Shown here piece after piece: positions 8,914 through 18,311 of a stretch of 64,000 bases of DNA (position 1 is the stretch's first letter; the number at the start of each line of letters is the position of its first letter). Under the pieces are notes generated by a model that was not told the origin of the DNA, searched no databases, and saw nothing but the letters and a program-made list of their open reading frames with translations. The position numbers and the translations under genes were made by a program. This DNA comes from a virus, in IMG/VR virus record IMGVR_UViG_3300018005_000012, positions 27,435-91,434 of that record, one strand, 5' to 3'.

Positions 8914-9755
8914 GCTTCACCCTTCTCTGGCGTTGGCTCTGAGGGAGTGGGCGAAGTCAGACTTCTCATATACTCTCTTGGCGAGGCCATATGGATAGTC
9001 TCTTCGGGTGGTTCTTCGACTGTCTCTTCTGGCGTTGGGAAGCCCATCTCCTTTGCCTCCTTTAGTGCTGTCATGATACTGTTGACGACCTCAATCGCAC
9101 TATCTATGTCCTCGAAGTCCAAGTCTTCGATAGTGGCCAAATAACTCTCGATTCCCTGAACGAGATTGGTTGCATCAGTTAAAGCATCAGTCAAGACCGA
9201 CTTGACCATCTTAGCATCAAGCGGTGCTTCCTCTTCCCCTTTACTTGCTTCTTGATAAGTCTTACAAGGGCAATCTGCCGCACCGGGAAAATAAGAGGTG
9301 GGTGCATGACAACCATCTTCTTGATGATAACCTTCTACATGACCACATACACACTTGCCCTCTTCCTCTCGCATGGGTATGTCTTCTGGAGCAGTGAACG
9401 GTGTCCTTTTAGTTGCAAACTCTCCAGTCTCGGCTTGGTGTTGACTTACATGATGACTCCTCTTTTCGGGGTCAGAAGGTAGTTTGTTTCCACAGACTGG
9501 ACACGGATGGCCTGATTCCTCATCCTCACTTCTGCTTACCTCAATAGGCTCGGTGGGTGAGACCTTACTGTTAGGAGTAAGACACTCTTCGGCTTTTCTG
9601 AGAGCATCTTCAGCCTTCTCGTAGTAGGCCATCTCAGTCCCCCTTACCTTATCAATCTCAGTCATAGGGTCGTCCCGACTGTAGAACTCTTCGGCCTTAG
9701 AGACATCCTCTTCGGCCTTCTGAAGCAGGGCTGGCCAACTCAGTTTGTAACTCAT
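8910..9755 (-). CDS. acidic Zn-finger protein
   Basis: KAEE/KAED four times, CPVC..HH, CxCGH..C..CxC modules; CACCTTTAAATAGT promoter. Confidence 0.7.
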   Translation of the reverse strand: MSYKLSWPALLQKAEEDVSKAEEFYSRDDPMTEIDKVRGTEMAYYEKAEDALRKAEECLTPNSKVSPTEPIEVSRSEDEESGHPCPVCGNKLPSDPEKRSHHVSQHQAETGEFATKRTPFTAPEDIPMREEEGKCVCGHVEGYHQEDGCHAPTSYFPGAADCPCKTYQEASKGEEEAPLDAKMVKSVLTDALTDATNLVQGIESYLATIEDLDFEDIDSAIEVVNSIMTALKEAKEMGFPTPEETVEEPPEETIHMASPREYMRSLTSPTPSEPTPEKGEA

Positions 9756-9802
9756 CCTATATCAAGTCTTTATAGGGTTGGGAACTATTTAAAGGTGCTG
9801 TC

Positions 9803-10510
9803 CTACAGCAATTCATGAGGCGACTTCAGAAAGACTTTCCAATCTATCGGAGTCGGTTTACGCTGGTAGAGTTGATAGAACTCATTGACGTAGTTCTCTG
9901 GATATTGGCTCCGTCTCAGAATCTCTTGAAGTGAGAGAGTAGGGTCTACTGGGATTTTCCATCGCACAGGGGTAGGATGCTCAGGGTCAACCGAGTGCTT
10001 GGTGAGGGTGATGCGACAAATCCTGTCCAGACTTATGAAGACTCGCTTATCGTGAAGATACTGAAGCCAAGTGGCTAGGTTCCAATAGAGTTCGTCCCGA
10101 TACTCACGCAACTCTTTGTAGGTAGCGGGAGTGATGTAGATGTAGAAGTGGAAACCCTTACCCGCACTGAAGAACATATCCACGTTGTTCCAGAACCGAG
10201 TGCCAAAGAACTTTGCCTTCTCCAAGACACTGGTGAAGGTATCACCATCTTTCACATCTATGTCTACAAAGAGTCGGTTAATCACCACTGCATCCTTCTG
10301 CTCTTGTGGCCACTCTTTGGTCTTAAGAGGGGCATAGAATGGGAAGTAGGCATCTTCAACCCCAATCAATCTATCTAATACATAACTATAATATTCGCTG
10401 ATTGTGCTCACATGGTATCTATACAACCCTACGTCTGCCGGAATCTGAGGCAGGTCTCTGTCCCAATAGGCTTTCGCCAGACTAAGTAATGGCATATTTG
10501 ATTGAGTCAA
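9803..10510 (-). CDS. archaeo-eukaryotic primase catalytic subunit (PriS-like)
   Basis: AEP motifs LFVDID, FSAGKGFHFY, RICRI. Confidence 0.8.
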   Translation of the reverse strand: MTQSNMPLLSLAKAYWDRDLPQIPADVGLYRYHVSTISEYYSYVLDRLIGVEDAYFPFYAPLKTKEWPQEQKDAVVINRLFVDIDVKDGDTFTSVLEKAKFFGTRFWNNVDMFFSAGKGFHFYIYITPATYKELREYRDELYWNLATWLQYLHDKRVFISLDRICRITLTKHSVDPEHPTPVRWKIPVDPTLSLQEILRRSQYPENYVNEFYQLYQRKPTPIDWKVFLKSPHELL

Positions 10511-11828
10511 GATTCATGGCCTTTATTTGTTCCACATAAGTCTGAGCCTGTTCAATTACATCGTCCACAATCTTCTCCAAGTCGCCCACCATCAGAACCT
10601 CCACTGCGGCCAATCTTGGCAGATTGTCCACCAGAGCACAATTCAAAGCCCCACCCCGAATGTGAGGGAAGGAGTGAGCGTAGTGGGCTTTGAGAAAGGA
10701 TGAGACTTCTATTATCTCACAATTCTCAATCTCCTCAAAAAGCCCTCTCTCATAGACAGGTGTATTGCAAAAGTCCCGAACCTTGTGATTGAACCAGAAC
10801 TTCCTCAGAGTCAGGGTTATCCTCTCTTCTAAGGCCCGATAGTCATCAATCAATCCCTTGTGCAAATCGCTGTCGTATCCCATATCTTGTAGCGGAGCAT
10901 AGTCTCCATATGCGAGAATCCCAAACCGTCTCCCCATTGCGTAACTATTTCTGCAAAGGAAGCCGAGAATATCTCTGAAGACGGAGACATGAGTTCCCTG
11001 TAGAGCGAGAGGATTGGCCGTCACTACAAAGGGACACGCACCTGTCACCGATAGTGTTGTGCCACCGCCAGCCACCGTTGCCCTTCCCGATTCCAGAAAG
11101 CCCAACAAGAATCCTGCCATGTTCTCTACCGTCTGGCTCTCAATCTGGTCTATGGCAAGCGGATAGTATTGCTCATGGAACAAGCCGTAAGCCTTGTCGT
11201 CAGTCCACTTGGCCGACCCTAGAAGGGTGTTCTTGGTGGCCTTATCAATCAGTCTACCAGCCAACTCGAAGAAGGTGCTCTTGCCAGTGTTGGGCGGGGT
11301 AATCTGCAACTCGTGAGGCTGATACCTCATGACATAGCCTCTTGGCAGGGTGGCCCTGTTAGCCAAAACCAGAGCAGGGTCTCTTGTGCAATTGTATTCC
11401 ATGATGCCCTTGATGAGATTGTTATACTCTTCGGTGGGTTTGTCAGCCACAACATCGAGCCACCTACCAAGAGTAGCGTCATTGAACTGATAGTCCGTCC
11501 CGAAAACATACATTCCCAAATCGTTCCATTCTTCGAGCCTTGGGTCGCCTCTCTGAATCTTATTCATGATGTAACCCTGCTCCTTCAGTTCAAAAATCCC
11601 ATCTAAATCCTTAATAGTCATCTCAGTGAGAGGTAAGGCAGACTTCTTGCTATGGATAACACTCTTGGTATCCACGATGTAGATAGGCGGAGTTATCACT
11701 GTCGGATAGGCCCGATAGAGTTTGGCCCCAACGGTAATGAAGATTCCGTTGTCAGTCTTCTCAATCTCCGACTTCTGATAGATGGGTTCGACTTGCTCAA
11801 ACGTATTGAGCACTTTGTTTTCGGACAA
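10482..11828 (-). CDS. MCM-like AAA+ replicative helicase
   Basis: PPNTGKS (Walker A), LAIDQIE (Walker B variant), LESGRATV, TANP, GRRFG; adjacent to the primase. Confidence 0.65.
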   Translation of the reverse strand: MSENKVLNTFEQVEPIYQKSEIEKTDNGIFITVGAKLYRAYPTVITPPIYIVDTKSVIHSKKSALPLTEMTIKDLDGIFELKEQGYIMNKIQRGDPRLEEWNDLGMYVFGTDYQFNDATLGRWLDVVADKPTEEYNNLIKGIMEYNCTRDPALVLANRATLPRGYVMRYQPHELQITPPNTGKSTFFELAGRLIDKATKNTLLGSAKWTDDKAYGLFHEQYYPLAIDQIESQTVENMAGFLLGFLESGRATVAGGGTTLSVTGACPFVVTANPLALQGTHVSVFRDILGFLCRNSYAMGRRFGILAYGDYAPLQDMGYDSDLHKGLIDDYRALEERITLTLRKFWFNHKVRDFCNTPVYERGLFEEIENCEIIEVSSFLKAHYAHSFPHIRGGALNCALVDNLPRLAAVEVLMVGDLEKIVDDVIEQAQTYVEQIKAMNLDSIKYAIT

Positions 11829-11910
11829 CTACTTACCCTTCGTGAGTATCCTATTTAACTGTTCTCACCCATAATTCTTTAAATAGGCCGATTGCGTAGG
11901 GTATGGTAGC

Positions 11911-12579
11911 ATGGCAGAGACGGAGAAGCCAGTTGAGAAGCCGACAAAAGAGGCATTGGAAGACCTTTATCCAGATGTGGATATGCCCCACCTTCAGACT
12001 GTCATTCAACTGCTCTATCACACTGGCTATGAGATTGACGACATTGAGAGCATGGATGCCACTCCCTATGTAAGAGTCTATGTGGGTGGTGAAGAGTGGT
12101 TCATCATGAGCGATACTGAGGCCGATGAATATGCCGAAGAGGACGCAGAGAACTTGTTTGACGAGATGGAAATGGATGCGTTGCCCGGAGACTGGCCCGA
12201 CTTCATAATGAACAAAGATGACTTCGATAGTGCTCTGGCTGAAGCCATTCAGAACTACATTGAAACCGCTAGAGAGGAGCCGTCCAACGACCCTACAACC
12301 TACGATAGCAAACTAGACGAGGAGATGGCCGGAGCCAATACCGCCTCAGAACAGGACTTCGAGGATTATCTCACTACTCAATGGGTTCCAGATGGAGACG
12401 TTATCCAGTGGTTCATCAGCGAGTATGGCCACGAAGCCTTTAAGGAGACAGCCAATGTTGATACTGCGGCTCTCGCCAAACACATCATGGAAACAGATGG
12501 CAGGGGTTCCATCATCTCTGACTACAATGGAGAAGAGATTGACCTTGGTAAAGGTTACTACGCCTACAGATTAGCATAA
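11911..12579 (+). CDS. highly acidic protein (possible DNA mimic)
   Basis: Very D/E-rich; C-terminal DGRG..ISDYNGEE...YYAYR; own TTTAAATA promoter. Confidence 0.6.
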   Translation: MAETEKPVEKPTKEALEDLYPDVDMPHLQTVIQLLYHTGYEIDDIESMDATPYVRVYVGGEEWFIMSDTEADEYAEEDAENLFDEMEMDALPGDWPDFIMNKDDFDSALAEAIQNYIETAREEPSNDPTTYDSKLDEEMAGANTASEQDFEDYLTTQWVPDGDVIQWFISEYGHEAFKETANVDTAALAKHIMETDGRGSIISDYNGEEIDLGKGYYAYRLA

Positions 12580-12599
12580 AATCCTTTTATACCCTGCTA
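12580..12599 (+). promoter_or_regulatory. promoter of the RadA-PriX-PolB operon; identical to the RPA promoter
   Basis: AATCCTTTTATACCCTGCTA, 34 nt before ATG 12614. Confidence 0.75.
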
Positions 12600-12613
12600 A
12601 CGAAGGGTAGCCT

Positions 12614-13594
12614 ATGAAATTCCTCGAATTAGACGAACCCATGATACCATACATCTGTATGGGAACCTGCGGTAAGAAGCAGGCCGGAAAGAGCCTCTAC
12701 TCTCGTGAGTTGGGCTATAAGATAATCAAAGAAGAGGGGGGCGAAATTCTATGGCTGTCCACCGAAGAGCCTACTGACTTCATGTTCACCATCGAGATTG
12801 AAGAGCATGAGGGGTGGGATAAGGTCTTCGCTAAGAAGTATGGTGTCGAACCTATCGTCCATTGGGAGTATCTTCCGAATGCGGAAGAGGTCATGCGATA
12901 CATCGGAGTGGATGGCAGAATCATCATTACTGAGGCAGAACCAGTCGAACCTAAACCTCTGAAAGACATAAAGGGAGAGACACCAGAAGCGAGAGCAAAG
13001 AGAGAAGAGGAAGTCAAGAAAGCGGCAAACGACAGACAGAAGGGCATCAAGTTGGAGTTCAAGACCATTAAGGTGGACACCGACCATTCGCCACTCGCCA
13101 AGATGCTGGAAGAGCACGACATCCGTTACATCGTTCTCGACTCCCTTACCACGCCATTCGACCAACTCCTAATAGGTGGGAGACAGAACTTCGGCATCAG
13201 AGCACAACTTGAGGAAGCCTTCCTGAACACCACTCAACAGTTGGTCGTCAAGAGGGGCAAAGTGACCAAAAAGAACATCTACGTCATGACCACCAATCAC
13301 ATCACCAACGACCCAACAGACCGTTTCACAAAACTGATGATTGAAAAGGAGTTAGTAGAGAAGGGTGGTGGGGCGGTGGGTTACAATCTCAAAGTCCTCT
13401 ACGGCTTCAAACCAAAGCAAACGCCTCACGGTTCGAGAGAGGTCTGGGTGATAAGGTTCCCCAACCTACCGGACTATGGCAAGATGTATAACCTACTCAT
13501 CACCAACAAGGGCTTCACCAAGACATCGAAAGACGAATTGAAGGATGTAAAAGAAGAGCAAAAGGCTGAGAGAAAAGAAGCGAAAGAAGCATGA
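12614..13594 (+). CDS. RecA/RadA-superfamily ATPase
   Basis: GKKQAGKS, ILWLSTE, YIVLDSLT, TNH, GGGAVGY; charged insertion of about 45 aa. Confidence 0.75.
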   Translation: MKFLELDEPMIPYICMGTCGKKQAGKSLYSRELGYKIIKEEGGEILWLSTEEPTDFMFTIEIEEHEGWDKVFAKKYGVEPIVHWEYLPNAEEVMRYIGVDGRIIITEAEPVEPKPLKDIKGETPEARAKREEEVKKAANDRQKGIKLEFKTIKVDTDHSPLAKMLEEHDIRYIVLDSLTTPFDQLLIGGRQNFGIRAQLEEAFLNTTQQLVVKRGKVTKKNIYVMTTNHITNDPTDRFTKLMIEKELVEKGGGAVGYNLKVLYGFKPKQTPHGSREVWVIRFPNLPDYGKMYNLLITNKGFTKTSKDELKDVKEEQKAERKEAKEA

Positions 13595-13746
13595 CTCAAT
13601 TAGCCAATGAAAAGGAGTTGGAAAAGGCACGAGAGTCATCAGTAGAGTTGTTGGATAGAGAGGCTCGTCTCCAACTTCTAAAGGACAACCTAAACGAAAT
13701 CAAAAGGAGAGTAGAAATAAGACATGAGCAACTTAGACAAGTTTAA
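13591..13746 (+). CDS. LANxxEL-motif microprotein 1 (51 aa, coiled coil)
   Basis: ATGA overlap; MTQLANEKELEKAR... Confidence 0.65.
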   Translation: MTQLANEKELEKARESSVELLDREARLQLLKDNLNEIKRRVEIRHEQLRQV

Positions 13747-14125
13747 TACAGCCAACTTCAAGGCCCAATTCCATACGGAAGGGGAATACACCGGAAGCGG
13801 AGACATGGGCGGCAGTTACGAGTATATCGCCAAACTCCTGCTCAATCCTGTATCGGATGGTCGGAACAGACTCCTATGGTTGGTTCTGGCTCCCTATGCT
13901 GTATCCATCCTCAAACTGGATAGAGAGAAGGCCATAGACTTGGTGACAGAATACATAAAAGCCTGTCACGAACTCAAACCCTGTCAGGATGTGATTGATA
14001 AGGTGGAGCAATATGTGGACAATGCGGCAAACGTGGAGAACGGATTAAAGCCGCCTCACTTGGATACTCTCCAACAGAGCGACCCAGAACTATATGAGAT
14101 AGTTCAAGAGGCGATTAGAGAATGA
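13724..14125 (+). CDS. priX: primase non-catalytic subunit PriX-like
   Basis: LLLNPVSDGRNRLLWLVLAPY...KPPHLDTLQQSDPELYEIV resembles the recalled Thermoproteota PriX consensus. Confidence 0.72.
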   Translation: MSNLDKFNTANFKAQFHTEGEYTGSGDMGGSYEYIAKLLLNPVSDGRNRLLWLVLAPYAVSILKLDREKAIDLVTEYIKACHELKPCQDVIDKVEQYVDNAANVENGLKPPHLDTLQQSDPELYEIVQEAIRE

Positions 14126-14310
14126 GTCTAGCCAATGAGGAACAACTTTTAGAAGCGAAGTTCGAGTCCTTCATACCATTTCGTCCTTTGCTTTTGGATG
14201 AACACAAAGCAATTTTTGTAATGATTAACTCAAAGGTAGTTGACGATTGGTTTGTGCTGACCGTTAAATTGACTAATGGAGACACAATAGTATTTGGTGA
14301 GATGAGATGA
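14122..14310 (+). CDS. LANxxEL-motif microprotein 2 (62 aa)
   Basis: ATGA overlap; MSLANEEQLLEAK... Confidence 0.65.
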   Translation: MSLANEEQLLEAKFESFIPFRPLLLDEHKAIFVMINSKVVDDWFVLTVKLTNGDTIVFGEMR

Positions 14311-14456
14311 GTCTAGCCAACCAACAGGAACTTGATGAGACCAGAGAACCGTGGTGGTCACACTTGGATTCTACAACCTACGCATCAATAACGATTCCAA
14401 CTTGTATGTATGGGATGCCCCGTATCCATGTCTCAAGAGAGGCGATTTCAGAATGA
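14307..14456 (+). CDS. LANxxEL-motif microprotein 3 (49 aa)
   Basis: ATGA overlaps at both ends; MSLANQQELDETR... Confidence 0.6.
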   Translation: MSLANQQELDETREPWWSHLDSTTYASITIPTCMYGMPRIHVSREAISE

Positions 14457-14647
14457 TTCCCTTCTATCTCTTAGTCAATCAAGTGGAACTTGCTCGTGCA
14501 AAACACGCCAAGTGCCCTAGTAAGCACTCGTGGAATTTAGAGATTGATACTTGCAAAGACTGTGGAATCTTGAGAGAAGAATACGAGGACTTCATCGTTG
14601 CAAAACTTACCTTAAGAGAGGCGTTTGGAATTGATACCATTCGATAG
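14453..14647 (+). CDS. LANxxEL-motif microprotein 4 (64 aa, Zn finger)
   Basis: ATGA overlap; MIPFYLLVNQVELARAK..C..H..CKDC. Confidence 0.6.
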   Translation: MIPFYLLVNQVELARAKHAKCPSKHSWNLEIDTCKDCGILREEYEDFIVAKLTLREAFGIDTIR

Positions 14648-16739
14648 TGCGACCTATACCACACAGAACGGGAAGGTCAAGATGAAGGTCTATAGGAATG
14701 GAGAGGTCGAACTCATAGACCCCACACCCATGCCCTACTGTTACGCCCCGGCCAAGTATGAGATTCAGACGCAAGCCAAGATGACGAGAACAGACTTCAG
14801 GACTTTCGATACGGGAGAGGGCGTGAAGAGATACACCTTCCCACAGCCTATGAACGTAAAGGCGTTCCGTTCATTCCAAGAGGCGAAGGGCATTCCTATC
14901 TATGAAGCCGACAAAAAGTATGTTGGAGTTTGGATGGCAGACAATGAGTTCGTATGCGATGACTATCCTAACCAAGCCGCATGGGACACAGAAGAAGACG
15001 ACTCGAAAGCCAAGCCCGACCCAGAGACGGCCAACGTTCCAATCACAGCCATAGGCATAGTCTATAAGGGCCAGAGGTATGCGTGGACTGGTATAGAGAA
15101 GGAGATTCTTAAGGGGGCAGTGGACTTCATAGTGGAGAACAAGATTCATATGTTGAAGGGTTGGAACACCCACTTCTGGGACGTTCCTTTCTTCGCCAAA
15201 CGACTGGCCTTTGCGGGTATCAAATTCGACTTCAGTTCCGTCAGGTTCCTAGACTTAGCCCTCTGCTATCGTTTCATGGAAAAGAACTTCCGAAGTCAGT
15301 GGTCGTTGGAGAAGGTAGGCAGACGACTGTTCAATGAGCAGAAGCCCTTCGTCAATACCAGACTCAGCACCCTACCGCCAGAGCAACTAAAGGAGAGGGT
15401 GTTGTGGGATGCGGAGATGACTAATAGGATAGACGATAAGAAGGGGTATACTGGGGTGGCTACACAACTGGCCAAGCAGAGCCATATCTTTCCAGACCAG
15501 ATATTCGGAATCCACCCCCTCAAGAAGTCCATCACCATTACTCCTGTCTTAGACCAATACTTTCTGCGGTATGCCCATAAGATTAACTATGTATTACCAT
15601 GTAAGTCGGGGTATAAGCAGAGGCCAAAATATACAGGAGCATGGGTCGAAGTCTTCGAGCAAGGGTTCTTTGAGGATGTGCTACAGTATGATGTAGACTC
15701 CCTATATCCCAACATCATCCTAGCGTATAAGTTGGCCCCATTGAACAGGTTCGAGTTGGTGGAACCTATCGTCAAAGACCTGCTTGCTGGCAAGCGAAAC
15801 GCTAAAGACGAGGTAGAGAGATGGGCTATGAAAATCACGGTCAATGCCCTGTATGGTCTCTTCGCTAGTTCTTACTACAGATTTAAGGCCGTAGAGGTGG
15901 CAGATGCTATAACCTACCACGGAAGGGACATCGTTACCCATACAGCAGAGTTCCTAAGAAGTATGGGTTATACGGTCTACTACATAGATACGGACTCTTG
16001 CTTCGTGAAGGGTAAGTTCGATGAGGCGGAGACTATAAGAGACCTGATGAACACTTATATTCAGAGGACATACAACGTGGACAATATCAAGTTCGGGTTG
16101 GAGAACGATTGGAGGCTGCTCGGATTCCCAAGAGGAGCCAAAGGAGAGAAGACCAAGAAGCGTTACTATGGTATAGTCCATGTCAACAAGAAGGGTGAAG
16201 TGGTGGACAAGTTTGAAGAGGCTGGCATGGAAGGGTTGCGTGGAGATTGGTGCGAGTTGGCGAGGAACGTGCAAGACGCAATCAAGAGGTTCCAAGTCAC
16301 AAAGGTTCCGAAGGAGAAGATGCTTGAGTTCTATGAGGATACGAAAGTCAACTTATACAAAGGACTCTACGACCCCCTTCTGGTTATGGAGAAACATATG
16401 GGGAAGGATGTCTCAGAGTATGGTCAAATGAAGAAGGATGAGAAGACGGGGAAGATAAGAAAGATGCCCACCCCACAACACGTTAAGGCTTTGCGAGATG
16501 CGATGGAACATGGATGGGTTCCCAACGATATGGTTCAGTATGGTGTGGTTCAATACTATATGTGTAGAGGAGCCATACCCAAACTGGTCAATCTAGTGAA
16601 GCAGGGTGAGATAGACTATGCTTGGTATTGTAGTCACCAGATAGACCCCATAGTGTGGAGACTTGGCCTCATCGAAGAGATGACCAAGTATAAGAAGGAG
16701 AAGGTTCAGCCATCAGACCAAACAACTCTTGTTTCTTGA
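14625..16739 (+). CDS. polB: family B DNA polymerase
   Basis: ExoI WDTE, ExoII GWNTHFWD, ExoIII WDA; polymerase motifs DVDSLYPNII, KITVNALYG, YIDTDS, KKRYYG. Confidence 0.95.
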   Translation: MELIPFDSATYTTQNGKVKMKVYRNGEVELIDPTPMPYCYAPAKYEIQTQAKMTRTDFRTFDTGEGVKRYTFPQPMNVKAFRSFQEAKGIPIYEADKKYVGVWMADNEFVCDDYPNQAAWDTEEDDSKAKPDPETANVPITAIGIVYKGQRYAWTGIEKEILKGAVDFIVENKIHMLKGWNTHFWDVPFFAKRLAFAGIKFDFSSVRFLDLALCYRFMEKNFRSQWSLEKVGRRLFNEQKPFVNTRLSTLPPEQLKERVLWDAEMTNRIDDKKGYTGVATQLAKQSHIFPDQIFGIHPLKKSITITPVLDQYFLRYAHKINYVLPCKSGYKQRPKYTGAWVEVFEQGFFEDVLQYDVDSLYPNIILAYKLAPLNRFELVEPIVKDLLAGKRNAKDEVERWAMKITVNALYGLFASSYYRFKAVEVADAITYHGRDIVTHTAEFLRSMGYTVYYIDTDSCFVKGKFDEAETIRDLMNTYIQRTYNVDNIKFGLENDWRLLGFPRGAKGEKTKKRYYGIVHVNKKGEVVDKFEEAGMEGLRGDWCELARNVQDAIKRFQVTKVPKEKMLEFYEDTKVNLYKGLYDPLLVMEKHMGKDVSEYGQMKKDEKTGKIRKMPTPQHVKALRDAMEHGWVPNDMVQYGVVQYYMCRGAIPKLVNLVKQGEIDYAWYCSHQIDPIVWRLGLIEEMTKYKKEKVQPSDQTTLVS

Positions 16740-17114
16740 AGCACGAATCTCCTTCTTTACCGATGCTTTCACAAATTGACAACTCATACAAAGCACTTGA
16801 ACATCTTCGGGATAGTTATTGGTCTTAAGCCAACGATAAAGAGCAGTCCCACTTCGATAGACATTGGCTCTTTGTATTTTGCCATCACCATTAATATGGT
16901 CAATCGAAAGTGCTCGTGAATCGTGAACAGGACATAATCCCTTGTGCCAACAATCTTCGCCTTGACACATACAATGGGGCGGATTGGTTCCAGAATAGTG
17001 GACAAGAACTTCAAACTTCAATTGATGATGGATTTTCTGTTGAAGTAACTTATGTTTGACATACTGCTCTGGCTTCTTTTTCCAATATTCTTTCATCTGC
17101 TCATAGGTAGTCAA
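16713..17114 (-). CDS. HNH-type homing endonuclease (IDH...QVLCxxC family)
   Basis: ALSIDHINGDG...LYRWL...VQVLCMSCQ. Confidence 0.75.
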   Translation of the reverse strand: MTTYEQMKEYWKKKPEQYVKHKLLQQKIHHQLKFEVLVHYSGTNPPHCMCQGEDCWHKGLCPVHDSRALSIDHINGDGKIQRANVYRSGTALYRWLKTNNYPEDVQVLCMSCQFVKASVKKEIRASRNKSCLV

Positions 17115-17147
17115 CGGTATCTCTATAAGATTGCTTTCTTATAAACA

Positions 17148-17396
17148 TTACTTGTAAGCAGTAGGTAGTGGTGTATCGCCTTCTTTCTCCATACGGTCAT
17201 TTACTTCCTTAATGAAAGAATCGAAATTATGGGCATTGAGAAGAGTCATCTCCAAGTCAGACTTGTAGTTGGCCATTATCACACTCATCTTCCTGCTCTG
17301 GTCTTTGATGATGCCAAAGCACCCTACTAGGAGAAGGGTATCAATGAGAGTAATCGCACCGAACAGAACTAGAAGAGCCACAGTGATTAAGTCCAA
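17148..17396 (-). CDS. small membrane protein
   Basis: Probable TTG start right after the HNH stop: MDLITVALLVLFGAITL... Confidence 0.55.
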   Translation of the reverse strand: MDLITVALLVLFGAITLIDTLLLVGCFGIIKDQSRKMSVIMANYKSDLEMTLLNAHNFDSFIKEVNDRMEKEGDTPLPTAYK

Positions 17397-17397
17397 T

Positions 17398-17835
17398 TTA
17401 AACACCCTTGCATTGGAGCCACCACTCCATTGCTTTATTGTTAATCTCATCCATTCTCCATCCCGTTCTCAGATTATGTCTCACATCATTATGTAGACTT
17501 GAAGGAATGTAGATGGCAACAGATGGAGTCACATGATGAAGATGTGCTCCTTCAAAGGACTTATTTAGAATGAAATCGGTAGGAAGGTCACGTTCCCTTC
17601 TATCCTTATAAAGCCGTCCCTTCTCTGGATGCTCTCTTGCCCATTTTCGCTTATAGCCCAAAACCTTCTCTCGGTTAAAACTTTGCCATTTGGCAACCAC
17701 TTTCTTAGAACAAGACTTACATACAAACTGAGGAGAAGATGTCCCACGGTCATTGTGAAACGTCCAATAGAAGTCGGTAAGAGGCTTAATCTGATGACAA
17801 GCATTACACTCTTTAGGGTCAGACGATTTGTTCAA
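17398..17835 (-). CDS. HNH-type homing endonuclease
   Basis: CNAC..KPLTDFY..CKSC Zn finger; HLHHV...LHN catalytic region. Confidence 0.65.
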   Translation of the reverse strand: MNKSSDPKECNACHQIKPLTDFYWTFHNDRGTSSPQFVCKSCSKKVVAKWQSFNREKVLGYKRKWAREHPEKGRLYKDRRERDLPTDFILNKSFEGAHLHHVTPSVAIYIPSSLHNDVRHNLRTGWRMDEINNKAMEWWLQCKGV

Positions 17836-17878
17836 GGTATAGGGTATATCCCTTCTTCGGAGTATATAAGGATTCTAA

Positions 17879-18268
17879 TCAGGTAGGGAGATTGTAGGTC
17901 TCGGTCATAGTCACATCTACAACATAGTAGAAGGGTTGGCCACCCTCATGTTTCGTTCCTATCTGTGTAATCCTAACCAGATGTCCAACGCTTTCTACAT
18001 CTATTAGAAGTTGGTCTTGTGATTGCATCCCCGCAAGCAGAGTTTCGATGTCCTCGTGACCAGTGAAGTCTTGCGGAACCGCTATCTCCATGTTGTATTC
18101 GGCATTGTAAGCACCCACTATAAGAGAGACATCTGAGAAGGCTTGGACTCGTGAATAGGTCTTGAGTTTGGCCTTTCTCGACTCATCAAAACTGACAACC
18201 TCTAAGTTTATCGGAACTCCCAATGGAGTTCCTGTAGGACTAGCAGGCACAAGTGTAATCTGTGTCAT
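17879..18268 (-). CDS. putative distal-tail (Dit-like) protein
   Basis: Beta-rich 129-aa protein at the end of the tail module, ending VDVTMTE. Confidence 0.4.
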   Translation of the reverse strand: MTQITLVPASPTGTPLGVPINLEVVSFDESRKAKLKTYSRVQAFSDVSLIVGAYNAEYNMEIAVPQDFTGHEDIETLLAGMQSQDQLLIDVESVGHLVRITQIGTKHEGGQPFYYVVDVTMTETYNLPT

Positions 18269-18311
18269 CGAGTAATGAAGGAGCGAAGTTCTATTTAACT
18301 CTATTGAGCCT

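Noticed and set aside
14351-14452. GTG start of the 98-aa ORF
   Set aside because: The overlapping 14307-14456 ORF and ATGA coupling favour a start at 14453
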